Virus record (IMG/VR): IMGVR_UViG_3300030673_000004 | Location: 62,001 to 126,000 of that record | Length of the DNA: 64,000 bases | Direction: 5' to 3' (one strand) | Notes under the pieces: model-generated | What the model saw: only the letters and a program-made list of their open reading frames with translations | Databases searched by the model: none | Told to the model about the DNA's origin: nothing | Shown: positions 21,526 through 29,723 of the stretch, piece by piece | How the letters are laid out: each line of letters opens with the position of its first letter | How positions within the stretch are numbered: the stretch's first letter is position 1 | Program-made: the position numbers and the translations under genes

Positions 21526-23017
21526 GATACCTGTTACAGATGCTCCCATTCACCAAGTACTCAATGCCCTTAACCGTATTGAAGCAGAAAAGCATAGAAC
21601 TAAAAAAATTGAAATTTTACAAGAGCTCAAAGATAATCAAATAGCTCAGTGGATGTTCTATATAGACAGTCCTGTTAATAGACACTTTGGTATTAAAGTG
21701 TCTACAGAGGCTACACGACTATACTCAGGAACAGCTAAACCCGACGAAATGCTGACAAGGTTTGAGCAGTTTCAACAAATACTTGAAAAATTACTACAAT
21801 TAAAAATCACAAAACAAGATGCACTAGAACAGCTAGAACATTTATTAGAATCCTGCTCATACACAGAGCTATTCCGTGAAGGTGTTTGGTACACCCGTTT
21901 AATAAACAACGGACTCAGATTGGGCCTGCCTACATCAGCAGTAACAGAATGCTGGCCAGACCTCAAAATCACATCAACACTACCATACGCTCGATCTATA
22001 CTTGATACAACAGGATCTGTATCCGAGCACAAAAGAAAACAAATACAATATCCTTGCGTAGCAGAGCCTATTGTTGGTGGCATCCTCGCATCTGTAATCG
22101 TAGTTAACAGCAATTCATATGTTACAGCATTTGGAAGCCGTAAAATACCATGTTTGCAGCCATGGGCAGACACACTTGCTAGTTTTCTTATGGACGCACC
22201 ACCACTTGTAATTAATGGTGAGTTTATTACAAAAAAAGCATATGATGGGCTATCACGAACAAAACAACGAGAGCGCGTAATACAGCTATGCAAAACAAGT
22301 ATTTTTAATCAAGATGATAATACAGATCAGGCTAAGCAAGAACTCGTATTTATAATCTATGATATATTTACACTAGTATCTCTTCATACAGGTATGTTCA
22401 CACTACCCTATGGGCATGCTAAGGAGTCTTCCTTTTGCCGCTCTACAATACTATCAGCTTTAGCAAAAAAAGCTAGCCACCTAGACGTAACAATTAGATG
22501 TGTACATCAAATACTATGTTTTAACTTTGACGACTTAGAAGAAGCTCATAGGTTTTATTTAACACAAGGCTTCGCAGGAAGCATAATAAAGCCCTGTAAG
22601 GCACCCATAGTATTTAGACCATCTGAGTGCTTATTCAAATGGAAAGAAACAAAAAAGCAGATAGGATATATATTATCTATCTTCCACATCAAAGAAACTA
22701 TAGGAATTGAAGTTTTTGTACCCGATACAGGAATGACAGAACATCTGTACATACCGAATAAAGATGTGCGTGACTGGTTTCAAGAACACAAAAATAACCT
22801 AAACGGATACGCAGTTGAATTTAAGGCCACATCCACAGAAGGTACAGCAAAACTATGTGTACTAACTAAGTTAGTAGCTACACAAGAACCACTATCAGAT
22901 GTGCAAATTGCTGCCTTGAGTGAACGCTTCGGGATAGCACTAAATAGTGCAGAACAAATGTCCTTAAAGCAGTTTCAGACAGCGGCATATGACCTAACAG
23001 AGGAAGATAATGTCTAA
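21518..23017 (+). CDS. T4-type ATP-dependent DNA ligase homolog lacking the catalytic Lys (pseudoenzyme)
   Basis: N-terminus LNRIEAEKHRTKKIEILQELKDN; motif I reads AEPIVGG (not KxDG); INGEF, IIYDIF, GFAGSIIK, LFKWK. Confidence 0.85.
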   Translation: MSEIPVTDAPIHQVLNALNRIEAEKHRTKKIEILQELKDNQIAQWMFYIDSPVNRHFGIKVSTEATRLYSGTAKPDEMLTRFEQFQQILEKLLQLKITKQDALEQLEHLLESCSYTELFREGVWYTRLINNGLRLGLPTSAVTECWPDLKITSTLPYARSILDTTGSVSEHKRKQIQYPCVAEPIVGGILASVIVVNSNSYVTAFGSRKIPCLQPWADTLASFLMDAPPLVINGEFITKKAYDGLSRTKQRERVIQLCKTSIFNQDDNTDQAKQELVFIIYDIFTLVSLHTGMFTLPYGHAKESSFCRSTILSALAKKASHLDVTIRCVHQILCFNFDDLEEAHRFYLTQGFAGSIIKPCKAPIVFRPSECLFKWKETKKQIGYILSIFHIKETIGIEVFVPDTGMTEHLYIPNKDVRDWFQEHKNNLNGYAVEFKATSTEGTAKLCVLTKLVATQEPLSDVQIAALSERFGIALNSAEQMSLKQFQTAAYDLTEEDNV

Positions 23018-24485
23018 ATCATATCTAGAATACGTAAGTGAAGCTATTGAGGCATATAAAAACAAAGATGCAAAGACATTAGCTGCCTGTAAGCAATTAG
23101 CATTTACAGCACGAAGGTACCAAAAACAGAATAGCCAAAGCACAGATACAGTACTTAATCTCTACCCAATACTAGGTATTCATCAGTTAACAGAACTCAC
23201 TTGTAAGTATGAAGTCACATCAATTGAACAGTTCTATCAAGCCGTTCAGTCATATCAGCTAACAGATGTTATCGCTACAAATGCCTTGTGGCAGTGGCGT
23301 GCAGCGAAACAACGAATCCTGCGCACTAGCACCACAAATATTGTTGAACACATCAAACGTACACTCGCCAGAGTAGGCATAAAAACAACTGTAGTAGGGG
23401 AGTTCTCTAGACACAAGGATACAATAGCTAATCTAGAGTTTTGTATTGAAGTAGGATCACAAGATGAAATACTTTTAGCAAAAGCTACACTACAACAAGA
23501 ATTGCTAGCTGAAACTAAAATTACAGATATAGGTCTGAGTATAGATCTCAAAACAGACATATTTGATATTAACTGTTTCCTATATTTTGGAACACATCAA
23601 AATTTCTGCACGTGTTCAATATATCATATTGGACCTAAATGTTTTATTGATAAATTAAATCATAAGCTAGTTAGTCGTGGCTATGAATTAACAAGCACAG
23701 GATTACAAACACTAGAAGGCTTGCAAGTACCGTGTAGGTCGGAGAAGACTATATGGGATATAGTTGGATCTACCATACCCCCAACATCAGCACGTGATAG
23801 TATTGATGACATCATGTATGATACTACAAATCTCGTAACATATAAAACGAGTACAGGTGACACAGGAATAACCTATAGAGCAAAAGACTCAGCAAAAATA
23901 AAGCATTGCTTAGAAAATAAGAGTTTAACGCATGTAGCACTTATTATACAAGAGAATTCCTTAGATGCAGTAACACAAGCTATAGACCAGATACACATAC
24001 TAGTCAAAGATAGTGCTATTCCTGTCTATACAGGACTACTAGTAACATCAAACACACTAGAACATCTAAGTCTTGCAGCTAAAGTAGATTTTCTTATCAT
24101 AGAAGATGATGAAATCAATGCTCTATACAAAATAACACTACCCAAAGCAAGAAAGGTAGCTAAAAACATTATCATACGAAATCCCTTCATGTTCTCCCAA
24201 GGGATGTGTCTGACCAACTCATCTTTCCCAAAAGATGAAATTCTTACTATTCTAAACAAAAACAAAATAGCTATTGAGATAACAGGTAACTGCAACTACG
24301 CAGGAACGCCTGTTGACGCATGGAAAGACGTAATACAGACAAGGTGCGCTATAACCATAGGTTCGGCACAGTACGCAAAACAACAAACACAAAGCATAGT
24401 CTCAGCTAGAATAAAGTGCTGTCAAGCTCTCATAAGCCAACAACGTTTAATGGATGCGGCAGCCTTTGAAGAGTGGCTTAGGTAA
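23010..24485 (+). CDS. DNA polymerase X-PHP homolog with degenerate active sites
   Basis: VVGEFSRHKDTIANLEF (DxD changed to NLE), YHIGPKCF, GYELTSTGL, SEKTIW...IPPTSARD; PHP-like C-half lacks the HxH metal motif. Confidence 0.82.
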   Translation: MSKSYLEYVSEAIEAYKNKDAKTLAACKQLAFTARRYQKQNSQSTDTVLNLYPILGIHQLTELTCKYEVTSIEQFYQAVQSYQLTDVIATNALWQWRAAKQRILRTSTTNIVEHIKRTLARVGIKTTVVGEFSRHKDTIANLEFCIEVGSQDEILLAKATLQQELLAETKITDIGLSIDLKTDIFDINCFLYFGTHQNFCTCSIYHIGPKCFIDKLNHKLVSRGYELTSTGLQTLEGLQVPCRSEKTIWDIVGSTIPPTSARDSIDDIMYDTTNLVTYKTSTGDTGITYRAKDSAKIKHCLENKSLTHVALIIQENSLDAVTQAIDQIHILVKDSAIPVYTGLLVTSNTLEHLSLAAKVDFLIIEDDEINALYKITLPKARKVAKNIIIRNPFMFSQGMCLTNSSFPKDEILTILNKNKIAIEITGNCNYAGTPVDAWKDVIQTRCAITIGSAQYAKQQTQSIVSARIKCCQALISQQRLMDAAAFEEWLR

Positions 24486-24517
24486 AATAGACTACACCTC
24501 CTATCAGGAGGTGTCTT

Positions 24518-24907
24518 ATGGACTTAGAATCTGAGCTGCAACAGAAAAAGAGTAGTTTAATACGCATTGGAGTAATCGGTGTTATCCTGGTAGTACTGGG
24601 TGCTGTTATAGGACGAACATCCGCGCCTCTTGAAGGAGTTTATAGCTCCAAATGGGCACGAACCATAGACAGCTTAAAAGTTGTCAATGAACAACAGAAA
24701 AAACTTGCAGATACGGCTAAGATCCGCATTGACTCCCTACAGATCATTCTAAAAAAACAAAAAGAGCTAACTGCTAGCTTGTATGCCGATGTAGTTAATG
24801 CTAAGTCAAATAGGACAGTAGAACATAACAAAGTCCTTGTACTAAATGATGCAGATCTCATTGCTAAATTTCAAGATGAGATAAGCAAAGTTAAACAAGG
24901 ACACTAA
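24518..24907 (+). CDS. N-terminal TM plus coiled-coil protein (i-spanin-like)
   Basis: RIGVIGVILVVLGAVIG transmembrane helix followed by a long helical Lys/Gln-rich region. Confidence 0.5.
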   Translation: MDLESELQQKKSSLIRIGVIGVILVVLGAVIGRTSAPLEGVYSSKWARTIDSLKVVNEQQKKLADTAKIRIDSLQIILKKQKELTASLYADVVNAKSNRTVEHNKVLVLNDADLIAKFQDEISKVKQGH

Positions 24908-25551
24908 TGGGTGCTCCACACAAACGTGAGGGCCATACTGTTAAAAAGTATGAAAATGGCCGTTTCACATGTGAAATCTGTGGTAGAAACTATAGCCTTA
25001 CAGCTTTAGATGAGCACCACAAAATACCCCAAGAGATTGGTGGCCCCAACACAGATGACAACATAGCATCTCTCTGTGATGGCTGCCACCAGACATTACA
25101 TCGCATTGCATTTGATCTAGTGTCTCTTAGCAAAAAGAAACGCTCCGCCCAAGAAGAAGCCACAGATTACTTAACAGCGCTTGAAGTATCTGATGTAGGA
25201 ACAAGTACAGCAAAATTACTTGAGTTTGCTGTTTACCTAGCGCAAGCTAAGACACTAAAAAAAGATAAGTCATTAGCTGTTCCTGATGGCGATGTAACTA
25301 TTGAACTACCTCAAAGGTACAAAGCCTTACTCATACAAGCAGGTAGAGAAGTCAAAGATGGTGCAGGAAAACGACTAGGTATGAAGGGCATAGTCACACT
25401 GGCAGCACTAGACTATCTAAAAAAGAGGCATCCCGAGCTTAAAGCTGAAATAGAAAAATACATATTTGATGGAATTATCTATGCACAACGCTCTAAAGTA
25501 GACATAGAACAAACTGCAAACAAATATCAGTTTGAAGTACAAAACCTTTAG
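24907..25551 (+). CDS. HNH endonuclease domain protein
   Basis: CEICG...LDEHHKIPQEIGGPNTDDNIASLCDGCH. Confidence 0.85.
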   Translation: MGAPHKREGHTVKKYENGRFTCEICGRNYSLTALDEHHKIPQEIGGPNTDDNIASLCDGCHQTLHRIAFDLVSLSKKKRSAQEEATDYLTALEVSDVGTSTAKLLEFAVYLAQAKTLKKDKSLAVPDGDVTIELPQRYKALLIQAGREVKDGAGKRLGMKGIVTLAALDYLKKRHPELKAEIEKYIFDGIIYAQRSKVDIEQTANKYQFEVQNL

Positions 25552-25735
25552 CTGTTGACAAGCAGACAAAAGTTAACTAAATTAGTTCTATGAAAGAACT
25601 AATTGAAGTAGACAAAGCTACTTGGGAAGCTCTAGTTGAGCTTCTTAATGCTACGGAACTGGCTCGATTCAGTTACACAACTCAAGAATCTGTGAACCAG
25701 AAAAGCGAAGCTGCCAGAAAAGCTCTCCAAGCCTC

Positions 25736-26386
25736 GTGAGTCGCTTTGAAGAAACTCTTGATGCGGAGCAGCTAAAAGAACTAGATCGCCGCTCAGGGAG
25801 GCTTGTGGCCGCTCTGACACCTGTTGCGAACAGTGGCTGGATCTCCAATATGAGACCATCACAAGCGATCCTGTGCTGCATAGGTTCAGGACCGTGGCGA
25901 ATTGAGCGACGAACGCTTATAGAAAAAGGCGCTTTAGATATTTTAGGTAAAAATGACCTAGTAGAAAAATCTATAGAGCTAGATGCATATTTTCCATTAG
26001 AGTGGCAAAAATATTTAGTACAAGACATTGTTCTATATACAGTAAGTACAAAATACCATAAATTTGATACTCTTGTACAGTATCAGCCGTCTAGGGATGC
26101 GTTACGGGACTTAGAAAATGCTCTCAATAAAGACCTGTACAACTTTCCTAAAGTCATATGTATGTTTGTTCGTGATTACTTAGAGTTACCCATAGTTCCA
26201 CGAGATAGACATGTCAACGCTAAACTAAAAGAGTACGGGATACCTCAAAACACACGTTTAGTCACAGAATCTCTTATCCGCATAGTCAATACTATGTCTG
26301 TGAACTCTTATGCTAGAGCTTTGTTTGAAGAAAAGAGTAGTAATCCTCAACATCTTTTGATAGAAGATCATCCTCTTTACTCTTAG
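25736..26386 (+). CDS. HhH-type DNA glycosylase-like protein
   Basis: FPKVICMF...IVPRDRHV resembles the HhH/PVDxHV signature of EndoIII/Ogg families. Confidence 0.5.
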   Translation: MSRFEETLDAEQLKELDRRSGRLVAALTPVANSGWISNMRPSQAILCCIGSGPWRIERRTLIEKGALDILGKNDLVEKSIELDAYFPLEWQKYLVQDIVLYTVSTKYHKFDTLVQYQPSRDALRDLENALNKDLYNFPKVICMFVRDYLELPIVPRDRHVNAKLKEYGIPQNTRLVTESLIRIVNTMSVNSYARALFEEKSSNPQHLLIEDHPLYS

Positions 26387-26917
26387 TAGTTCTTAGTTAC
26401 TCTTTACAGTAATCTTAACTACTTATATTTACTTACATATGCTGGAAGGGTTTGTTAGATTCAAGGAGATTGATGCGCCTCCCCAAACCCCTCCATAACT
26501 TTCCTTGCCCAGAGATGGCTAAAAGCTCAACTCTGTAAGTAATAATTAAGGATGGTAAGGTGGCGCATCGCTCTGCCCTCAGATCTAACAAGCCTTCCGG
26601 ATATGCCGTATAGGGCTTGCTGAGTTCTTAGGCTAACCCACCCGCCTCCCGCCGTTAGATCGGCATGTACCCAAGACTTTTTCAAGTCGCCGCAAGCTTC
26701 TGAGAAGTCCTTTGCGTGTAGAGGTGCCTGTAGTTTCCTACAGAGGGGTGTTGTATCACCCCAGATAGTGATCCGTAGGCCATCTACGGCAGCAGACAGG
26801 GCTCGTCCCTGTTGGTGGGTTCCAGTGTCTCCCACGCGGCTGTTAAGAATTTACAGCAATCATTTCCAAAATCTCGGGCTTCTTCAATTTTTTTTATTTT
26901 ACATGTAAATCTATAAG
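26374..26917. other. Candidate bidirectional replication origin
   Basis: Non-coding gap where the plus strand switches from A/C-rich to T/G-rich; AT-rich periodic tract at 26374-26440. Confidence 0.6.
26624..26646 (+). repeat. 23-bp direct repeat, copy 1
   Basis: GTTCTTAGGCTAACCCACCCGCC, identical to 28184-28206. Confidence 0.95.
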
Positions 26918-27898
26918 ATGAAAACAGTAAAAGCTCTTACACGAAATACACAACTAACTCATGATTTTGACGTGTCTTTTCATGGACCCGATGCGACCTT
27001 ATCTTGTGAGTCTGGAGGCTTTGAAGATAATACTTCATTGGTACTGTTTTTGTTTCTGCTCTTGCGTGATCATTTGCCCTCCGGTGTTGTTGAGGAACTT
27101 GTGCGTGAGAGCAGCGTTGCTCCTGAGGCTGGTGTGCGTTACAGTAATGCGTACTTAGCCCAGTACGCTACTAACTTAGCATTACGTCTATTGTGTATAG
27201 ATGTACCTGAAGTTACACCTATTTTTGATGGTGTTAAGATAACAGAATGGTTGAATCAGAACCAGATAAGCATCATTAATAGATTTCATCGTCATCAGCC
27301 GAAGGGATTGGAGCTGTGTCCAAAAGCTGTTGATGGCTCTGGTTGGGCTTTAGTTACATTTTCTTCTGCTCATCTTAGTTTCCCTTTTCCCTGCGTGCTT
27401 GTTGGTCGGAACTATATTTTAGTACCATCTGGGACTACTAATCTTCGCATTGAGTGGGACAGCGCTTCTAGTTTATGGACTCTTTGGAACCCTACAACTG
27501 AAGATACTCATGTACAAGAGAAACATAAAATCAACTATGTGCTGAAACCTAATAACACGCAAGATGAGTGTCGTCAGTTAAGTAATTTGTTAGGTGTTGC
27601 TGTTGATAGACTATCCTCTATGAGGATTTTAGATGCTCGTGGTTGTAGCATTCCTCGTGTTATACGGCTAGATTTATCAACAGGTGCTGCCTTAGTTGGA
27701 ATTTCTGCGTTTCCTGAAAGTAAGGCCGATCATCCTAAACCTACTACGGATGTTCCTGGCTGCACAGATGCTGTCCTGGGTACTTTATTAGAAGCACATG
27801 TTAATCTTTCTGGGTGCTTTTTGCACTTCCCTCAATATGAGCCCTCATGGGAGCCTATTGCTGATATAGTTATTCCTTTATGTACATCTGCAGGTTGA
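26918..27898 (+). CDS. Hypothetical protein
   Basis: 326-aa ORF between the two direct repeats. Confidence 0.7.
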   Translation: MKTVKALTRNTQLTHDFDVSFHGPDATLSCESGGFEDNTSLVLFLFLLLRDHLPSGVVEELVRESSVAPEAGVRYSNAYLAQYATNLALRLLCIDVPEVTPIFDGVKITEWLNQNQISIINRFHRHQPKGLELCPKAVDGSGWALVTFSSAHLSFPFPCVLVGRNYILVPSGTTNLRIEWDSASSLWTLWNPTTEDTHVQEKHKINYVLKPNNTQDECRQLSNLLGVAVDRLSSMRILDARGCSIPRVIRLDLSTGAALVGISAFPESKADHPKPTTDVPGCTDAVLGTLLEAHVNLSGCFLHFPQYEPSWEPIADIVIPLCTSAG

Positions 27899-27928
27899 TG
27901 CTTGTTTTATTTTGAAAGGATTTCATGA

Positions 27929-28117
27929 GTGAGCTGTCTTAAGGGATGGGGGATTCTGTACGCAGACCACTCAGACGTGACGGATTCCACTGAGACAAAC
28001 GTTGAACGAGCTGTAGCATGTCTGAAAACTCATTTCAGTGAGGTCACTGATGTTCCTATGGAGTACTCCTGTGCTGTTATGGGCGAGTGCTGTGAAGAAG
28101 AATGTTGCGATGAATAA
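27929..28117 (+). CDS. Small acidic Cys-rich protein
   Basis: 62 aa ending GECCEEECCDE; AAGGA RBS upstream. Confidence 0.5.
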   Translation: MSCLKGWGILYADHSDVTDSTETNVERAVACLKTHFSEVTDVPMEYSCAVMGECCEEECCDE

Positions 28118-28183
28118 ATAAAATTGATGTCTAACAAGTGGTGTAGCTGACACAACCGAGATACACGCATCTCATACATGTGG

Positions 28184-28206
28184 GTTCTTAGGCTAACCCA
28201 CCCGCC
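28184..28206 (+). repeat. 23-bp direct repeat, copy 2
   Basis: GTTCTTAGGCTAACCCACCCGCC. Confidence 0.95.
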
Positions 28207-28270
28207 GTCGCACTTCTCACGCTTGCGTGAGGCTCTGGTATAAGAAAAGTTTTGTTCTTTTGAAAAAATC

Positions 28271-28298
28271 TTGACTTCTTCAATTTTTTGTGTATACT
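28271..28298 (+). promoter_or_regulatory. sigma70 promoter
   Basis: TTGACT-16-TG.TATACT. Confidence 0.75.
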
Positions 28299-28305
28299 TA
28301 TGTTT

Positions 28306-28434
28306 ATGAGAACGACAACACAAGCACAGGCGGCTAAAGCCGAACAAGGTAATACAATTACCAGTGCTCAGACATGTGGGTATAATAGCTTACGTGTCCG
28401 TGTGGGTCAAAGTTCTCAGGTTGATCTGCCTTAA
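28306..28434 (+). CDS. 42-aa leaderless micro-ORF
   Basis: MRTTTQAQAAKAEQGNTITSAQTCGYNSLRVRVGQSSQVDLP; ATG 7 nt after the -10 box; terminator follows. Confidence 0.55.
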   Translation: MRTTTQAQAAKAEQGNTITSAQTCGYNSLRVRVGQSSQVDLP

Positions 28435-28461
28435 AGAAAGGCAACAAATCTAAGAGACCTT

Positions 28462-28490
28462 GGCCCACTTCTCCGGAAGCGGGCCTTTTT
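28462..28490 (+). terminator. Intrinsic terminator
   Basis: GGCCC.CTTC-TCCG-GAAG.GGGCC followed by TTTTTGTTTTT. Confidence 0.8.
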
Positions 28491-28534
28491 GTTTTTGTGC
28501 ATTCTTGAAACAAAAGAAGATAAAAACAAAACTC

Positions 28535-28563
28535 TTGACAAATCTACATAAATTGAGTATCTT
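28535..28563 (+). promoter_or_regulatory. sigma70 promoter at the head of the RNA island
   Basis: TTGACA-17-TATCTT. Confidence 0.75.
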
Positions 28564-28569
28564 TAGAAT

Positions 28570-29530
28570 ATCAGCACAGAGCAAGAGCATCGACAGCGTC
28601 ACAAGACAATATCGGTAATCAAGCGAAGTGTCATTCATCTTTGACAGTTTTGGTGGGCGCATTGCCCAAGTGAGTGTTAAGCAATCATCTTCATTGGGAG
28701 GTTGGCCTAAAAGCAGCCATCCTATAATGAGTGACGAGCAGAACCGAACAGTAAAGGCTTTAGAGGAAACATCCTGTGACTGGGAGAGCTCACATGTCTT
28801 GAAAGACAGCACGTGGGTGTTGACACCGAATATGAAGCAGGGTGCTAAAGTTCTTGGGGAAGGTTGATAGGAAAGTCGCATGGGAGTCGCGTCCCTGGCA
28901 ACGTCAAAATGGCTAAGACTGAAACTATCTTTTAATGTGAAGTCCATCATAGCAATATGTTCACCTTAGTGACAGCCTGTCTATTCCGATGCACTCGGAC
29001 GGCAGAGAGACTTGATTTGTGGTTGGTTTGTCTCTTTCTGTCGGACTCGGTCAATCAATCTTGTGTAGTCTTTGGCGTATAAGCACACCAATGGAAGTGA
29101 TCGTAGATTACAGTACTTGTGAAACTAAACGCTCGGGTGGTAGCCAACCCACAGAGGCGCTAAGGGGTACAATGGAAAGTTGTACCTGTCGATAGGGACC
29201 TAAGCTACCCCTACAGGGAAATGAGTCGGGTGATCCGAATGATACCTTGTACAGCCGTAGTAATACGGTCTTCTCGGAACTTGCGTGAAATTAAACCACA
29301 CGGGAAGAGAAGCGTAAGTGCGCTTTGAAATAAGCTAGACAATAAGTACTGTTTTTTACTGCAGGCTCACGCTTGCGTGAGTCTGAAACGCCATCTCAGT
29401 GAGAGTGCTGATGGCATTATGCATGATAGAATGCTGGTATTGCATAACTTGTACCTTAGCCAACCTAGGGAATCAAGTCCAGAATCGTAGCGTTGGGACT
29501 CAACCGAGTCGGTGAAATTCCTGTCGGTTA
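28570..29530 (+). ncRNA. Large structured ncRNA candidate (family unassigned; GOLLD/ROOL-like context)
   Basis: About 960 nt after a promoter with no credible plus-strand gene; dense hairpins at 28795-28808, 29166-29186, 29255-29268 and 29362-29385; abuts the first tRNA. Confidence 0.6.
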
Positions 29531-29532
29531 TT

Positions 29533-29606
29533 TGGGGTATAGCTCAGTAGGTAGTAGCTCCGTGCTGTTAACACGGTGGTCAAAGGTTCGAGTCCTTTTA
29601 CCCCAG
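29533..29606 (+). tRNA. tRNA-Asn(GTT)
   Basis: TGGGGTA/TACCCCA acceptor; CCGTG-CTGTTAA-CACGG; AAAGG-TTCGAGT-CCTTT. Confidence 0.92.
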
Positions 29607-29659
29607 CTATCGAACTTTAGTTTTAGTTCGTGGTCAAACTTTGTATAAATCTGGTAAAA

Positions 29660-29720
29660 CGGGAAGGTAGGACGCTGGGTCTGAAAACCCTGGGTATCAG
29701 TTCGATTCTGATAGTGTGCT
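29660..29720 (+). pseudogene. Degenerate tRNA-Phe(GAA) fragment
   Basis: GGGT-CTGAAA-ACCC arm and ATCAG-TTCGATT-CTGAT T-arm; no pairable D-arm or acceptor 5' strand. Confidence 0.45.
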
Positions 29721-29723
29721 TTT

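Noticed and set aside
26527-26835. 102-aa minus-strand ORF in the skew-switch gap
   Set aside because: GTG start without an RBS and it includes the 23-bp repeat; better explained as non-coding origin DNA.
28450-28950. 166-aa minus-strand ORF over the ncRNA candidate
   Set aside because: It runs antisense to two promoters and a terminator, has no motif or RBS, and opposes the local gene direction; treated as a shadow ORF.
29500-29530. GGTGAAATTCC resembling an FMN riboswitch loop
   Set aside because: The other FMN conserved segments are absent and no riboflavin gene follows; likely a generic T-loop motif.
28570-29530. rRNA, RNase P or group II intron identity for the large RNA
   Set aside because: None of the hallmark motifs (rRNA universal segments, GAGGAAAGTCC, domain V GAGCCG..GAAA) were found by eye.
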